From Octopus sinensis (lineage: Eukaryota), in assembly GCF_006345805.1 (NCBI RefSeq), contig NC_043007.1:72230001-72294000 (forward strand): DNA of 64,000 nucleotides. Reading direction: 5' to 3'. The position numbers and the translations under genes are program-made. A model generated the notes under the pieces. That model saw only the letters and a list, made by a program, of their open reading frames with translations, did not search any database and was not told where the DNA came from. This document shows positions 26,602 through 38,877 of the stretch, piece after piece; the first letter of the stretch is position 1, and every line of letters begins with the position of its first letter.

Positions 26602-26854
26602 TTGCAGCGTGGAAGGTGTTTGTAAGCCATTTAAGAAACACACAAAAGCCGTTCGATTCACTTCAACATTTAAGTTTAATTTGTCGCGGTCTTAAAAGCG
26701 AAAATATTTTGACAAATTAAACTTAAATGTTGAAGTGAATCGAACAGCTTTTGGGTATTTCTTAAATGGCACAAACACCTTCCACGCTGCAATTGTTTTC
26801 GTTTCAGCACACGATCTCAGATCAAATCACTTGCTATGCAAGTACATCTCCGTA
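26602..26854. mobile_element. MITE-like element with an internal fold-back
   Basis: 26602-26685 is the reverse complement of 26711-26792; terminal word GCTATGCAAGTACATCTCCGTA. Confidence 0.8.
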
Positions 26855-26881
26855 TTATTATTATTATATTATTATTATTAA

Positions 26882-26917
<36 letters not shown>

Positions 26918-27337
26918 GGCCGGGTTTTAACCCGGATCGCGGAAACAAAGTCCACCCACTACACTCCTCGGTCCAGCATCACAGCCTCGATGTCCAGGCC
27001 AGTGTCTGCAATCAAGTTTGTCGATGCAGGTGAGACAACGTTTTCCTCTTTTACATCACCATGAAGTGGGTTCCACAAAACTAATTTGGATGCTTCTAGT
27101 CCAAGGTGGCACACGCAGTGAACAGACATTCGCAGCCGTCTTCGCCTGATCTTCTCACAAACTTTCATTGCAACTGTCGAATCAGGGCTATTATATAGCA
27201 GGGAAACGTGGACACCGATAAAGAAATTATCAACAGGGTAGATGGCTGCTACACAAGGATGCTGCTGCGAATGGCCCTAAATGTGAAATGATAGCAACGT
27301 ATGACAAACGAATGCCTTTGTAGAGACCCGCCGAAAG
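26855..27337 (-). mobile_element. RTE-clade LINE 3' end with (TAA)n tail and inverted 5' segment
   Basis: Minus: KVCEKIRRRRLRMSVHCVCHLGLEASKLVLWNPLHG..ADTGL..MLDR; plus: FIATVESGLLYSRETWT../VDGCYTRMLLRMALNVK..TNECL. Confidence 0.88.
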
Positions 27338-27339
27338 AT

Positions 27340-27770
27340 ATATCCTAGAAGGACTTGTCCCAAACTTTGGCATCGAGAGTTACACAAATGCTAGAACTGG
27401 GCGCCACTGCATAGCGCCAAGGACTCCAAATTTTCCATCAAGATGTAGGACAAGATATTGTGATAGCCTGGGCTTCAGAGGCCCACAGCTCTTCAATATC
27501 CTCCCGAAGAACCTGAGAGACCTGCATGGGGTGGATGCAGATGTCTTTAAAATAAAACTGGATCTCTTCCTGTCAGGTGTCCCAGATGAACCAACTTCAC
27601 GGCAGGAGGTGCAGATGAGGGCAGCTGCATCGAACTCTCTCATGCACCAAATGGCAATTGCTAAAAAGCATTCGTGAAGTAAAATCATGTAACAACACCA
27701 AATGGCGGTGCCTCAGCATGGCCACAGCTCGTGAGCTGAAACTAGATAAAATTAAAATAAAATTTAAAAA
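27340..27770 (+). mobile_element. CR1/L2-like LINE, 5'-truncated 3' end
   Basis: ILEGLVPNFGI..GRHC..RYCDSLGFRGPQLFNILPKNLRDL..FKIKLDLFLSGVPDEP; tail GGCGGTGCCTCAGCATGGCC. Confidence 0.88.
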
Positions 27771-29254
27771 ATATATCTCGCTATTTGGTCTTTTGTTGAT
27801 TTCTGACAAATAAGACAGTTTGGAAAAAGGAACAATAAATATTTTAAGATAAAAACAAAAATAGCAAAAATCCCCCACCAGTTCTCGATACATTACTGAA
27901 AGTTATACCAGTCAGATAATTTGTATATTTATGCATATAATATATTCTATGCTCATGAGCACCGGCATAATCCAGTGGTTAAATTTGCTTCGTAAACAAG
28001 TGGTGCCATGTCCCTTTATAACACGTAACTCAGCAGTTCGACAAATATAAATTGTCAAAATAGATACCAAACTAAATTAAATATCAAACTCAATAAGAAT
28101 TTAATAATCCGTTCAAGGCGATGCTTCAATTTAGCCACGCTCCAGTGTCTGAAATTAAGGAAAATGATAAAATGAACAGAATACGGGTGTTTCTGTAATG
28201 CTTGTAGTAAAATGTATTCTTATATTTAGATAACTGACGTGTACACATAATTTCATAATGAGTGCACTTCTCCATGTTACAGATCTCTAAATGACGAACT
28301 GTTTCCCAGCATCTTACCCTTTTGTCAAATTCCTCCTATCCACGGAGTAGTGGATGTGGACACAGTCTTTCCAGGCCGTTCTAGGAGAGTGGCTTCAGTA
28401 AAGGTAATATTCTACTTAAATTTCTTTTGGCAGGTGTTTTGGGGTAACATGATAGAGTATTCAACAGAGCTTTAGTTTTAGGAAGGAAGACCTGGAAACT
28501 GTTAATATTAGGATTTGGTGGCGGCGGCGGTGGTGGGAAATAGCCTCAGTAAAGGTTACAAAAGTAAGAGTAGGGCAGTGTGAGATGCACAGCTTGTATT
28601 GTACTATAAGTCGGTCTGCGAATAGTCGTAGAGGGTTCGTTTGTGATTATTTACCAGTCAAGTGGATTGCCTTTTTCTTTCGGAGGCAGTAGAGTATATT
28701 TATGTATGCAGTTAAGTCACACAAGAATCGCACTTGTCCTTTGTATAAAGTTAGCAGCTGTTTAAAGTTGAATTAGTTCTAGCAATGAAGAGTAAAAGCT
28801 AACCTTTGAGATGTAAATGTCACCATAGCATGAAGGACTTTTATGAACCGACACTTAGTCTTACTGTCTTGGCATTAAGTAGAAGAACTAAATCTTTTCC
28901 TAACTAGAATGCCAGTCTATGTGGGGTAAGACATGATCTGACACCAATTCCTGACAACTTGATGACATTAGATGCCTCTACTTCTCAGTTATACAAAGAA
29001 AAAACATGCAACGGGTTTCAGTTGAAGACGTCTGAGATAATACTCCATAACATTACTCATTTTACTATTTCCATTATATTTTCTAGACCATATCAGCAAA
29101 ACCAGTTAACAAACTCTAGAAGTCCGTGTAATATAAACATAACATAAAATACGTTTTTTAATGTAATGAAGTAATCCGTTTTCTGCTGTATCTCAGGTGG
29201 GTCATTATGCCAATAACAAACACGCATTGGCAGAATGAACTTCCTGAGATTCAA

Positions 29255-29312
29255 CAAAATATGTTTCAACATACGATTTCACATCAAGAATCTTGCAAAC
29301 CAAATACAAAAA
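29255..29312 (+). repeat. Short fragment of the H1 pLTR-like repeat
   Basis: AATATGTTTCAACATACGATTTCACATCAAGAATCTTGCAAAC matches 10030-10080. Confidence 0.6.
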
Positions 29313-30519
29313 ACGAAAGTAACCAGTCTTATATTTTTAAGTCAGCTTATAAACTAAGGTAACCAATTTTTCAATGAAATTTCTGTTCTATTAATGTCCC
29401 GTACTTTCTTAGAGAATCCAATAATTACGTCGCGGATGTGAGAAATTTTTATGCAAATTGTAATAAAGCTTACGATGCTTCCCAGGTGGTTCGTGTTTGT
29501 GCTTTGTTAGAGTCAAATCATTAGTTTCCCAGGATTATATTGCAGAATTTTTAGGAGAATAAAAGGAGATGGTGATTTTGGGCATGCTTTTTTGAACCTG
29601 TTCTGACTGTAGAGACCGCTTGAAATTGGAAAAGAAACTGCACAGTAAGAATAAATGGTGAAAATACCAATATATGTGTAATCTATTGGATTGGAATTCA
29701 GTTAAGAGTTCCTTACTAGGTTACAGGTTTATAACGTAGAAGATTAAAGATGAAGCTTTTTCTTTTTTTTTTTTCTTTTCTTATTTTCTGAAGTCAATCA
29801 GAAATGACGATTACAGTCGTCACTTGTCTCAGAAACTTTTTCGTCAAATTTAATGCTAAACAAGTGAGTGATGATTTACATTTATATTTCGTTCGTGTTT
29901 ACATTTCGTTTGGCGATTTATATGGAGGAGTTTAGAGAGGACTGGAACCATCTCAGTGTTTGTATGCAGCTGCAAAAACAGTCAACACGGTTTGTGGTGA
30001 AAGACCGAACGATCTTTTGCCACTTGACATATATATATATTTACATACACATATACACACACACACACACTGACTCACATACATACATGCATTATTACTT
30101 CTACGAAACCGCACATGCCCATATGCATAGATGCATTTCACATATGCAAAAATATAGAAGACTTGTTTATATATGCGGGTAATATAGTATTTATAAGAGT
30201 AATAACATATTAAAAACAACTTGTCTGTTGATATAAGAGGGTATTTATGTTATTTATATTTTGGATAAATAATCATTTTAACAACACTAACCCCATCAAT
30301 TTTTTTAAAAAATGTTTTTTCTCTAGCGGGAAAGATGTTGAATGTTGACACTAACATATGTTACACTGTCAATCTGTCCTCTCAGTTAATCGCCGAAGAA
30401 TCTGGATACCTTTAGAACTGGTGCTATATGGATGGATAACACCTCTGTAATACAGACCTATAAAACATTCGTTACGGTTTCAAGACCATTTCTGGTGATG
30501 ATGGATATGGCAGCAGTGA

Positions 30520-30546
30520 TGATGGTGGTGGTTAGTAATAGTAGTG

Positions 30547-30579
<33 letters not shown>

Positions 30580-30707
30580 ACCTTCATCACCGTCGTCATC
30601 ATCGTGGTAGTAGTGGTAGTGGTGGTGGTGGTGGTGGTGGTGGTGGTAGCGGTAGTAGTATTAGTAGTAATAGCAGAAACAGCAGCAGCAGCAGTTGTAG
30701 TAGTAGC

Positions 30708-30750
<43 letters not shown>

Positions 30751-30857
30751 ACCTTCATCACCATCGTCATCATCGTGGTGGTAGTGGTGGTGGTGATGGT
30801 GGTGGTGGTGGTGGAAGCGGTAGTAGTATTAGTAGTAACAGCAGAAACAGCAGCAGC

Positions 30858-30897
<40 letters not shown>

Positions 30898-31009
30898 ACC
30901 TTCATCACCATCGTCATCATCGTGGTGGTAGTGGTGGTGGTGATGGTGGTGGTGGTGGTGGTGGTGGTGGTGGTGGAAGCGGTAGTAGTATTAGTAGTAA
31001 CAGCAGAAA

Positions 31010-31102
<93 letters not shown>

Positions 31103-31103
31103 T

Positions 31104-31135
<32 letters not shown>

Positions 31136-31160
31136 TAGCAGTAGTAGTAGTAGTAGTTAA
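30520..31160. repeat. Compound trinucleotide array with three higher-order units
   Basis: AACCTTCATCACC anchor at 30579, 30750 and 30897 within (AGT)/(GGT)/(AGC) runs. Confidence 0.9.
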
Positions 31161-32105
31161 TTTTATTGCTGCTACAACTGTAGCCTTTTGATATTATTGT
31201 ATTTCGTACTTTCCGTTGCCGTACTTCTCACTTGCTCTTGGCTTTGCTGTAACAGCTAAGTGGGAACATATGGAGAGAAGGAAAAAAAAATGAATAAAGA
31301 ATAAAGAATAAAAGGAAAGTAAAGTTTTACACGTTAGCATCGATGTTTAACACGTGTTGCTATAGAAATTCGACAAACTCTTGACGATACAAGCAAGAGA
31401 AACGCATTTTCCAATAGTTAGGAAGGTTTACACTAACCGCATGGTAAAAAAAAAGTTCTTTTGATTTCTTTTTATTTTTCTCTCTTTCGTTACATTTCTT
31501 GTATTATTTGGCTTTTTTTTTCGTTTTTTTTTCTTTTTAGCTTTCACACTTTATTTATTTATTTATTTTAGGTTCTTTGACAAATAAAACATGTCTGGAA
31601 AACATATCGGACGAAAGGAAAAGAAAACTTTTATATTGACTTGTGTCTGGGGTTAATGTTTTGCGAACAAACGAGAAAATACATTCAAGATTGTGGATTA
31701 TAAAAGAGAAACGAAAATAAAAAAATTTAAAAAATGAACGGCGGGGATTTGGTGGTTGAAGGGGATAGGATTAGGGTAGAAAGATTATCGAAGAAAGTAG
31801 CATGAAGAAAAAGAATTTTAGAGTTGGAGTTAGGGGAAACTTTGGGGTGCAGTTTCAACACTAACATTCTCAGTCCCTCTCCGTCTCTCCCTTTCCTTCT
31901 CTCCCTCTCTCTCCTCCTTTCTCACATATACACTCACATGCATCGTTGTGAAGCAGTTATTCATATAAATATGTAGTAGTTTATTTGGATAAATAATTTG
32001 CAGTAATATGCAGAATATTTCTTCTTGCAAAACGAATTAGCGAGAAGGCTCAATAAAAGAAGAAAAAAAAGGAATATAATGTACAGCAACGACGTGCGTG
32101 CACAT

Positions 32106-32408
32106 GTGGAGCACATGGCCTAGTGGTTAGAGCAGCGGACTCGCGGTCGAGGGATCACGGGTTCGAATCTCAGACCGGGCGATGTGTGTGTTTAAGAGCG
32201 AAACACCTGAGCTCCATGCGGCTCCGGCAGAAGGTAATGGCGAACTTCTACTGACTCCTTCGCCACAACTTTCGCTCACTCTTTCCTCCTGCATCTTGCA
32301 GCTCACCTGCGACGAACCGGCGTCCTGTCCAGGTGGGGAACCTATACGCCAAGGAAACCGGGAAACCAGTCCTTATGAGCCAGGCATGGCTCGAGAAGGA
32401 ACAAACAA
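32106..32408 (+). mobile_element. SINE family C2 (C-like head, different tail), 17-bp TSD
   Basis: CAACGACGYGCGTGCAC at 32087-32103 and 32409-32425; second copy at 59165. Confidence 0.92.
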
Positions 32409-32627
32409 CAACGACGCGCGTGCACGCACGCACACACACACACACACTTGTATTCACTTACTCACAAAGATATATTTAGATATAACTAAACGAAAAGCAC
32501 AAATATAATCGAACCATAATATTGAAATAAAGATACGCAATAAATCGCTTTTTCAGTTGGAACTCGAAGTTAATAAAGCTATAAATAGTAGTGTATAAAT
32601 TTTGGATTAATAAAACACCTTGAATGG

Positions 32628-32799
32628 AAAAAAATCGAAGGTTCCCGGTAGGATTCGAACCCACATCTGTAAACAAGATAAATGTTCTACCATTGTACCA
32701 ATGAATAGAAAAGTTCGAAGGAGTGTTTTGCTACAATGGTAGAATGTCTGTCATGCTTACAGAAGATGTGGATTCGATTCCAAAAGGCTTCGTTTTTTT
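32628..32799. other. Divergent pair of tRNA-like sequences, each followed by a T-run
   Basis: Minus 32644-32706: TGGTACAATGGTAGAA..GGTTCGAATCC; plus 32722-32788: TACAATGGTAGAAT..GATTCGATTCC; no complete cloverleaf. Confidence 0.6.
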
Positions 32800-32809
32800 C
32801 TTTGTAGTT

Positions 32810-33008
32810 CTTTTGCTTGTTTCAGTTATTTGACTGCGGCCATGTTTGAGCACCGCCTTTAGTCGAGCAAATCGACCCCATAGCTTATTCTCTGTAAGCC
32901 TAGTACTTATTCTATCAGTCTCTTTTGCCGAACCGCTAAGTTACGGGGACGTAAACACACCGGCATCGGTTGTCAAGTGATGGTGGGTGGACAAACACAG
33001 ACACACAA

Positions 33009-33040
<32 letters not shown>
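32810..33040 (-). mobile_element. SINE family B, 3' half
   Basis: Family B tail and body up to the internal microsatellite. Confidence 0.88.
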
Positions 33041-33062
<22 letters not shown>

Positions 33063-33084
33063 GTATAAAAATATATATATAAAA

Positions 33085-33720
33085 ATACAAAATGGGACAA
33101 GAACGCAAAACATTCAAATAGACGACACAAAAAAACGGACGGGTCATTCGAAGCCTCTAATCTTCAGTTAAGAAGCGGATCATCCTTGCAATTTCAGCTG
33201 ATTAATCTTGAGATCGCTCCGATCCGGCCAGCCCCAAGGAAAAACTAAGCTACGAGCATTAGATTTCTTGGAAAAAGGATCGAATGTATACGAAACAAGG
33301 ACAGAAAAACGGACGATGCTACACGAATATAAATACAAAAAACAATAATAATAATAATAATAACAGGACAAAAACAACAAATGTCTTTAGACTTTAGACA
33401 GTTCAAATTAGCTTAGCTGGTGTATTTGGAAAATAATGCCTTACGGCAGACGAAGAGATCGATGTTGTCGTGGCGGTACTCAGAAGCCGAAAGGCTAGTT
33501 GACCGGCAGTCACGTGAGAAGAGAAGAGAGAGAAAAACGGGGCAAAGGAATCAAAGAGAGAGAGCGAAAGAGGGACAAAGGCACCGAAGAGGGGGAGAAG
33601 AGAGAGAAAGAAGGAATTAAGGAGGGGAGAAGAAAGAGAGCGTGCCAAGGATTGGCGGGACAACAGAAAGACAGGGTCAGTGAGGTGCAAAGTGAGAAAG
33701 TTTCCACGCAATAGGATCGA
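33085..33720. mobile_element. Unclassified dispersed element (second copy at 56549-57502)
   Basis: Shares CAAGAACG..TTCGAA..TCTTCAGT..GCTGATTAATCTTGAGAT..AAAAACTAAGC and CAGTCACGTGA plus a purine tract with the 56.5-kb copy. Confidence 0.7.
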
Positions 33721-33899
33721 ACTCGTGAGCTCATAATTTCGAAGCGAACTTCTTAATTATTTGGCTATGCTTACGCTCTATGGCACAACAACAATAACAG
33801 CAATAAATTAAAATGACTAACAAGTTTAAATACATCCAATACGGCGTACGCAATAACAACCGATGAACAGAATGCACACCACAGCAACACACAAACAAC

Positions 33900-34140
33900 T
33901 AAACAACAACAAAATGACTTTGGAAACATTTTTAAAGAACTGAAACATTTCTTCATCACCCACGACATAACCATGTCTAGAGCCTAAACACAGGAAACTC
34001 AGCTGCCATATTCAACCAGATTAAGCTGATAAGGCATGGTAAAAACACTAGAACTGCAAGCACTCAAATCAAAAATCATCAACACAAAACACATGGATAT
34101 AAGAAAGGTTTACATACGACCAACAACTTAACTAACCCTA
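33900..34140 (+). mobile_element. Possible degenerate LINE apurinic-endonuclease fragment
   Basis: ELKHFFITHDIT..TQETQL and IRKVYIRP resemble the EL..FL..H.I...IQETKL and I.NVYIPP motifs. Confidence 0.4.
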
Positions 34141-34517
34141 ACCCTGTCATACTACAAAGACCAACTACATCACCTCAAGAAACTCTTAAATATCATTAAT
34201 ATGGGAGGGACGTGCTGGGAGTTGTGCCATGCTTCTGTAAGCCAGCAACTCAGAGGCATGGTTGGTGGGCCAATTTGAGGATGGGGGTGCTGGTAGTCGG
34301 TCCTTTATGACAATCGGGTGTCCGCGCTAAGCTGGGCATCAATATAGTGCTGACGAGGGAGCTCATCAGGACCAGGTTGCTTTAGGAAGGTTAATTCGAC
34401 CCAGGGCGGAAATGCAACAGGCAAGAAAACTTGTGCCGAACAGTAGTGGGATCACACCTATCAATAGTCGTCGGCTGACAGCCTGTTCCATACAACTGAA
34501 TACTAATCCTTCCTTTT

Positions 34518-34758
34518 AGGCGGCGAGCTGGCAGAATCGTTAGAACCTCGAGTAAAATGCTTAGCGGCATTTCATCCGTCTTTACGTTCTGAGTTCAAAT
34601 TCCGCCGATGTTGATTTTTGCCTTTCATCCTTTTGGGGTCGATGAAATAAGTATCAGTTGAGCACTTGGCACCTTGGGCAAGTGTCATCTACTATGGGAT
34701 CGGGCCGACCAAAGCCTTATAAGTGGATTTAACAGACGGAAATTGAAAGAAGCCCGTC

Positions 34759-34797
<39 letters not shown>

Positions 34798-35009
34798 GTG
34801 TGTGTGTGTGTGTGTCTGTGTTTGTCCCCCTAACATCGCTTGACAACCAATATTGGTGTGTTTACGTCCCCGTAACTTAGCGGTTCGGCAAAAGAGACCG
34901 ATAAGATAAGTACTAGGTTTAGAAAGAATAAGTCCTGGAGTCAATTTGCTCGACTATGGGCGGTGCTCCAGTATGGCCACAGTCAAATGACTGAAACAAG
35001 TAAAAGAAT
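34518..35009 (+). mobile_element. Chimeric SINE: family A head and core joined to family B body
   Basis: A sequence to ...CAGTTGAGCACT, then TGGCACCTTGGGCAAG from B to its normal tail. Confidence 0.82.
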
Positions 35010-35011
35010 AC

Positions 35012-35045
<34 letters not shown>

Positions 35046-35383
35046 TTAAATCATACAATTTTAAGTAGAGATTGTTAACTTTAACAATACCCAGAAACAG
35101 GCAAGAAATAAAGTGCTCTAATTGAGCTAATTTCCAATTTATAATTTCAGTGGATGCAATACCAGCAGAAAACTAGAAAACTATTATGCAATAGAATTTT
35201 CAATATATATGTGCACTTTCATTGGACATTAATAAATCAATATAAAGTTCCAGATAACACAGCACTAAAACACACAAATATATGAACATATAAATATTTA
35301 ATATTTAAAAATACGCAAATATTAAAAAAATACGTTGGCATTATAAATATATGAATACGTAAATAGATATACAGATAGATTAT

Positions 35384-35428
<45 letters not shown>

Positions 35429-35439
35429 ATATATAATAT

Positions 35440-35715
35440 GTGGAGGTTGGGGCAGCGGACTCGCGGTCGCAGGATCGCGATTTCGATTCCCAGACCGGGC
35501 GTTGTGAGTGTTTATTGAGCGAAAACTAAAAGCTCCACGACGCTCCGGCAGGGGGTGGTGATCCCTGCTGTACTCTTTCACCATTCTTTCTTCTGTTGGC
35601 CTGCTCGCTTAGCCAGCGGGGTGGTGTCATTCGAAGGCTAAAACAATGCGAACGCATTGTGACCAGCGATGTGTAACAACATCTGATGGTCTGGTCGGTC
35701 ACGTGATCACGTGAT
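35440..35715 (+). mobile_element. SINE family C
   Basis: GGCAGCGGACTCGCGGTCG...GGTCGGTCACGTGATCACGTGATA. Confidence 0.88.
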
Positions 35716-35868
35716 ATATATATATATATATAATATATATATTCCCCCTTCTGTCGCTATCCCGCGGCTTATGAGCGTATAAACATATACAGAATGTGAC
35801 ATTGATCATGTTTACATTATTTGAGCTGCTTATAATTCAAATTCAATAAAGACACACGCACACACATA

Positions 35869-35909
<41 letters not shown>

Positions 35910-36262
35910 ACACACATATTTCGCTTTAAAATATTTATTAGCGACAGAGGCTGTATTAATACCAAGAGATATTTATTCCCACTTAAATTTGGATGTTCTG
36001 TTAGAACAAACTATACTACGATATTTGCCCTGAGAGAAAATCTCATATTGGCTTTTGGCGCAAAATGCACTTCTATTTACATCGCTAGCGGGGAAATAAA
36101 TCCCACTTATTAATAAATTCATAATTCTTGCTTCTTACAGGTGTTCCTGTTTGTGCACATTAAATAAATTACAAATTTATGCAATAAATTTGCATTTATA
36201 AGATGTGGGCAAAATATCATCAGGGGAAAATTTATACAGTAAAAGATTGTATTACTCCTTCA

Positions 36263-36488
36263 CTCTCTTTTACTTGTTTCAGTCATTTGACTGTGGCCAT
36301 GCTGAGCACCGCCTTTAGTCGAGCAAATCGACCCCAGGACTTATTCTTTGTAAGCCTAGTACTTATTCTATCGGTCTGTTTTGCTGAACCACTAAGTTAT
36401 GGGGATGTAAACACACCAGCATTTGTTGTCAAGCGATGTTGGGGGCACAAACACAGACACAGAAACATACACGCACATACACGCACAT

Positions 36489-36552
<64 letters not shown>

Positions 36553-36712
36553 GACGGGCTTCTTTCAGTTTCCGTCGACCAAATCCACTCACAAGGCTTT
36601 GGTTGACCCGAGGCTATAGTAGAAGACACTTGCTTAAGGTGCCACACAGTGGGGTTGAACCCGGAACCAACTTGTTCGTAAGCAAGCTACTTACCATACA
36701 GCCACTCTTACG
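36263..36712 (-). mobile_element. SINE family B, full length
   Basis: Head, core, internal microsatellite and tail all present. Confidence 0.9.
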
Positions 36713-37195
36713 TTCAAACCAGCAGACTAAATATATGGAATTATTTTTATTTTTGTGTGTGCGTGAGGGTTAACGGATTACTTTGAATATGATAAAAAAA
36801 TAAAATAAAATAAATAAAATAGTATAAAATAAAAAGTAAAATACAATAAAAAATATAAAGTATGAAATAAAATAAGATAAAAATAAAATAAATAAATAAA
36901 AGTAGAACAAAAATTATGATAGAATAGAATATACATATATACGTACATACATAAAAATGTACACACACACACATATATATAAAAGAAAAATTAACGTACA
37001 GACTTTATGTATTAATCAGTGCCCATTGGTTGGAGAAATTTGAATGAGTTTACATGCGGTTAAGTGTTTCAAGAAAATATCTAATCATAGCGATTTCTCC
37101 AAATATGCGTGCGTGTGGAATTATATGGTAATAAAAGACTGACAGTATTAATCGCATGTACACACACACACACACATATATATATATAAACGTAA

Positions 37196-37515
37196 ACGTG
37201 GCATTCCGTCGGTTACGACGACGAGGACAAGCCTGCTTGTGATATTAACGTGCAATTGGCTGGGCACTCTACAGACACGTAGTACCATAACGTACCCTTA
37301 ATGTAGTTCTCGGCGAGATTCACCGTGACACAGAGTATGGCAAGGCCGGTCTTAGAAATACAGGTGCAACAGAATCAGGAAGAAATAGTGAGAGAAAGTT
37401 ATGGTGAAAGAGTGCAACAGGTTTCGCCACCTCTCCCTGCCGGAGACTCGTGGAGCTTTTGGTGTTTTCGCTCAATAAACACTCACAACGCCCGGTCTGG
37501 GAATCGAGCCCTAAC
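37196..37515 (-). mobile_element. Chimeric SINE: family C head and body with family E tail
   Basis: CTCAATAAACACTCACAACGCCCGGTCTGGGAATCG (C) contiguous with CGTGACACAGAG..GGTTACGACGACGAG (E). Confidence 0.8.
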
Positions 37516-37522
37516 CACACAC

Positions 37523-37904
37523 ACGTATATTGTTTTTTCTCTCCTTGTTTCTCTCTGTGTTCCTTTCTGTGGAAGAGCGTTATACTAATAAATCTGTTTG
37601 TTTTCTACACCACCTGACTTCGTCTTTTGCTTTTTTCGTGAATTCTCCCCCTATATATATATATATATATATATATATTCTGGCCGAAATCAGATCGCCA
37701 TGTTGATTCGTTAGCTACTGCACGCATTTTTTTTCTCTCCTTCTTTCTGTGTTTTTCTCTCTCTGTGTATCTTTCTGTTGAAGAGCGTAGGCTCGAAACG
37801 TTAAAGACTTGTTTTATTTATATTTCCTGAGCGCCATACTAATACAATTGTTCGTTTGTTTTCCACCTGCCTTCGTCTTTTGTTTATTTTCATAAAGCTT
37901 CCCG

Positions 37905-37989
<85 letters not shown>

Positions 37990-38031
37990 TATTAATAGTA
38001 AGGGAATGTAATAATTCCAAGCTCTTAATTC

Positions 38032-38074
<43 letters not shown>

Positions 38075-38276
38075 CGACGCCACCAGAGGATGAAGTAGGC
38101 TAGCCCAATACGTAGATATAGAGGGAGCAGTAAAACTCGGAGTTTTATCATGGCTACCGATATATATATATATATATAAAGACTTGTTCTATTTCTATTC
38201 CTGAGGGCCATACTACACTTGTTTGTTTGTACTCCACCTGCTTTAGTCTTTTGTTTATTTTCGTAAAGCTTCCCCG

Positions 38277-38280
<4 letters not shown>
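37523..38280 (+). mobile_element. Cluster of three partial copies of the H2 pLTR-like repeat
   Basis: Copies at ~37523-37650, ~37715-37907 and ~38178-38278, each ending in ..CCC(GT)TATATA. Confidence 0.8.
37770..37807 (+). ncRNA. Minimal hammerhead-like motif, family H2 (A6U)
   Basis: TCTTT CTGTTGA A GAGC gtag GCTC GAAA CGT T AAAGA. Confidence 0.6.
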
Positions 38281-38312
<32 letters not shown>

Positions 38313-38843
38313 ATATAGATATATATATATATATATATATACGCATATTTACATACACATGCGCATACATAAATGCACAGATACGCATATACACGCATGT
38401 AAGTACGTACATAAAGCATATAATCATACAAATGTATACGCATTATAACCTTCAATTCAATAGTAAATATTTAGTCTGCTGATATGAACAGAGAGGTCAA
38501 CATGTCATTTTTAACGTATATCTTTCCTCCTTATTTTGCTCATATCTTATAAATGCAAATTTGAAGCATAAATTTGTAATTTATTTAATGAGCACAAATG
38601 GGAAACAGCTGTAGGAAGTAAGAATTTACAATTTATTAGTAAATAACTATTAACTTTCAACTTTCCATTTTATTTTCTATACTCAACTACTCTGCTGGTA
38701 TGTTTTGCCCCATCCATCCTCTCTGTGTGTCTCTGTATGTATATATGTATGTATGTATGTATGCATGTATGTATGTATGTATGTATGTATGTATGTATGT
38801 ACTATGTATGTATGTATGTATGTATGTATGTATGTATGTATGT

Positions 38844-38877
<34 letters not shown>

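Noticed and set aside
30432-31191. 242-aa Ser/Gly/His and 215-aa poly-Val ORFs as genes
   Set aside because: Overlapping open frames on both strands arise from triplet repeats; no non-repetitive coding context
32644-32788. Functional tRNA genes here, at 61321/61826, and in the SINE heads
   Set aside because: A/B boxes are present but acceptor and anticodon stems do not pair
33140-33165. Minus-strand CTGAAGA..TTCGAA here and at ~56625-56645 as a hammerhead
   Set aside because: No stem II pairing and GAAT instead of GAAA
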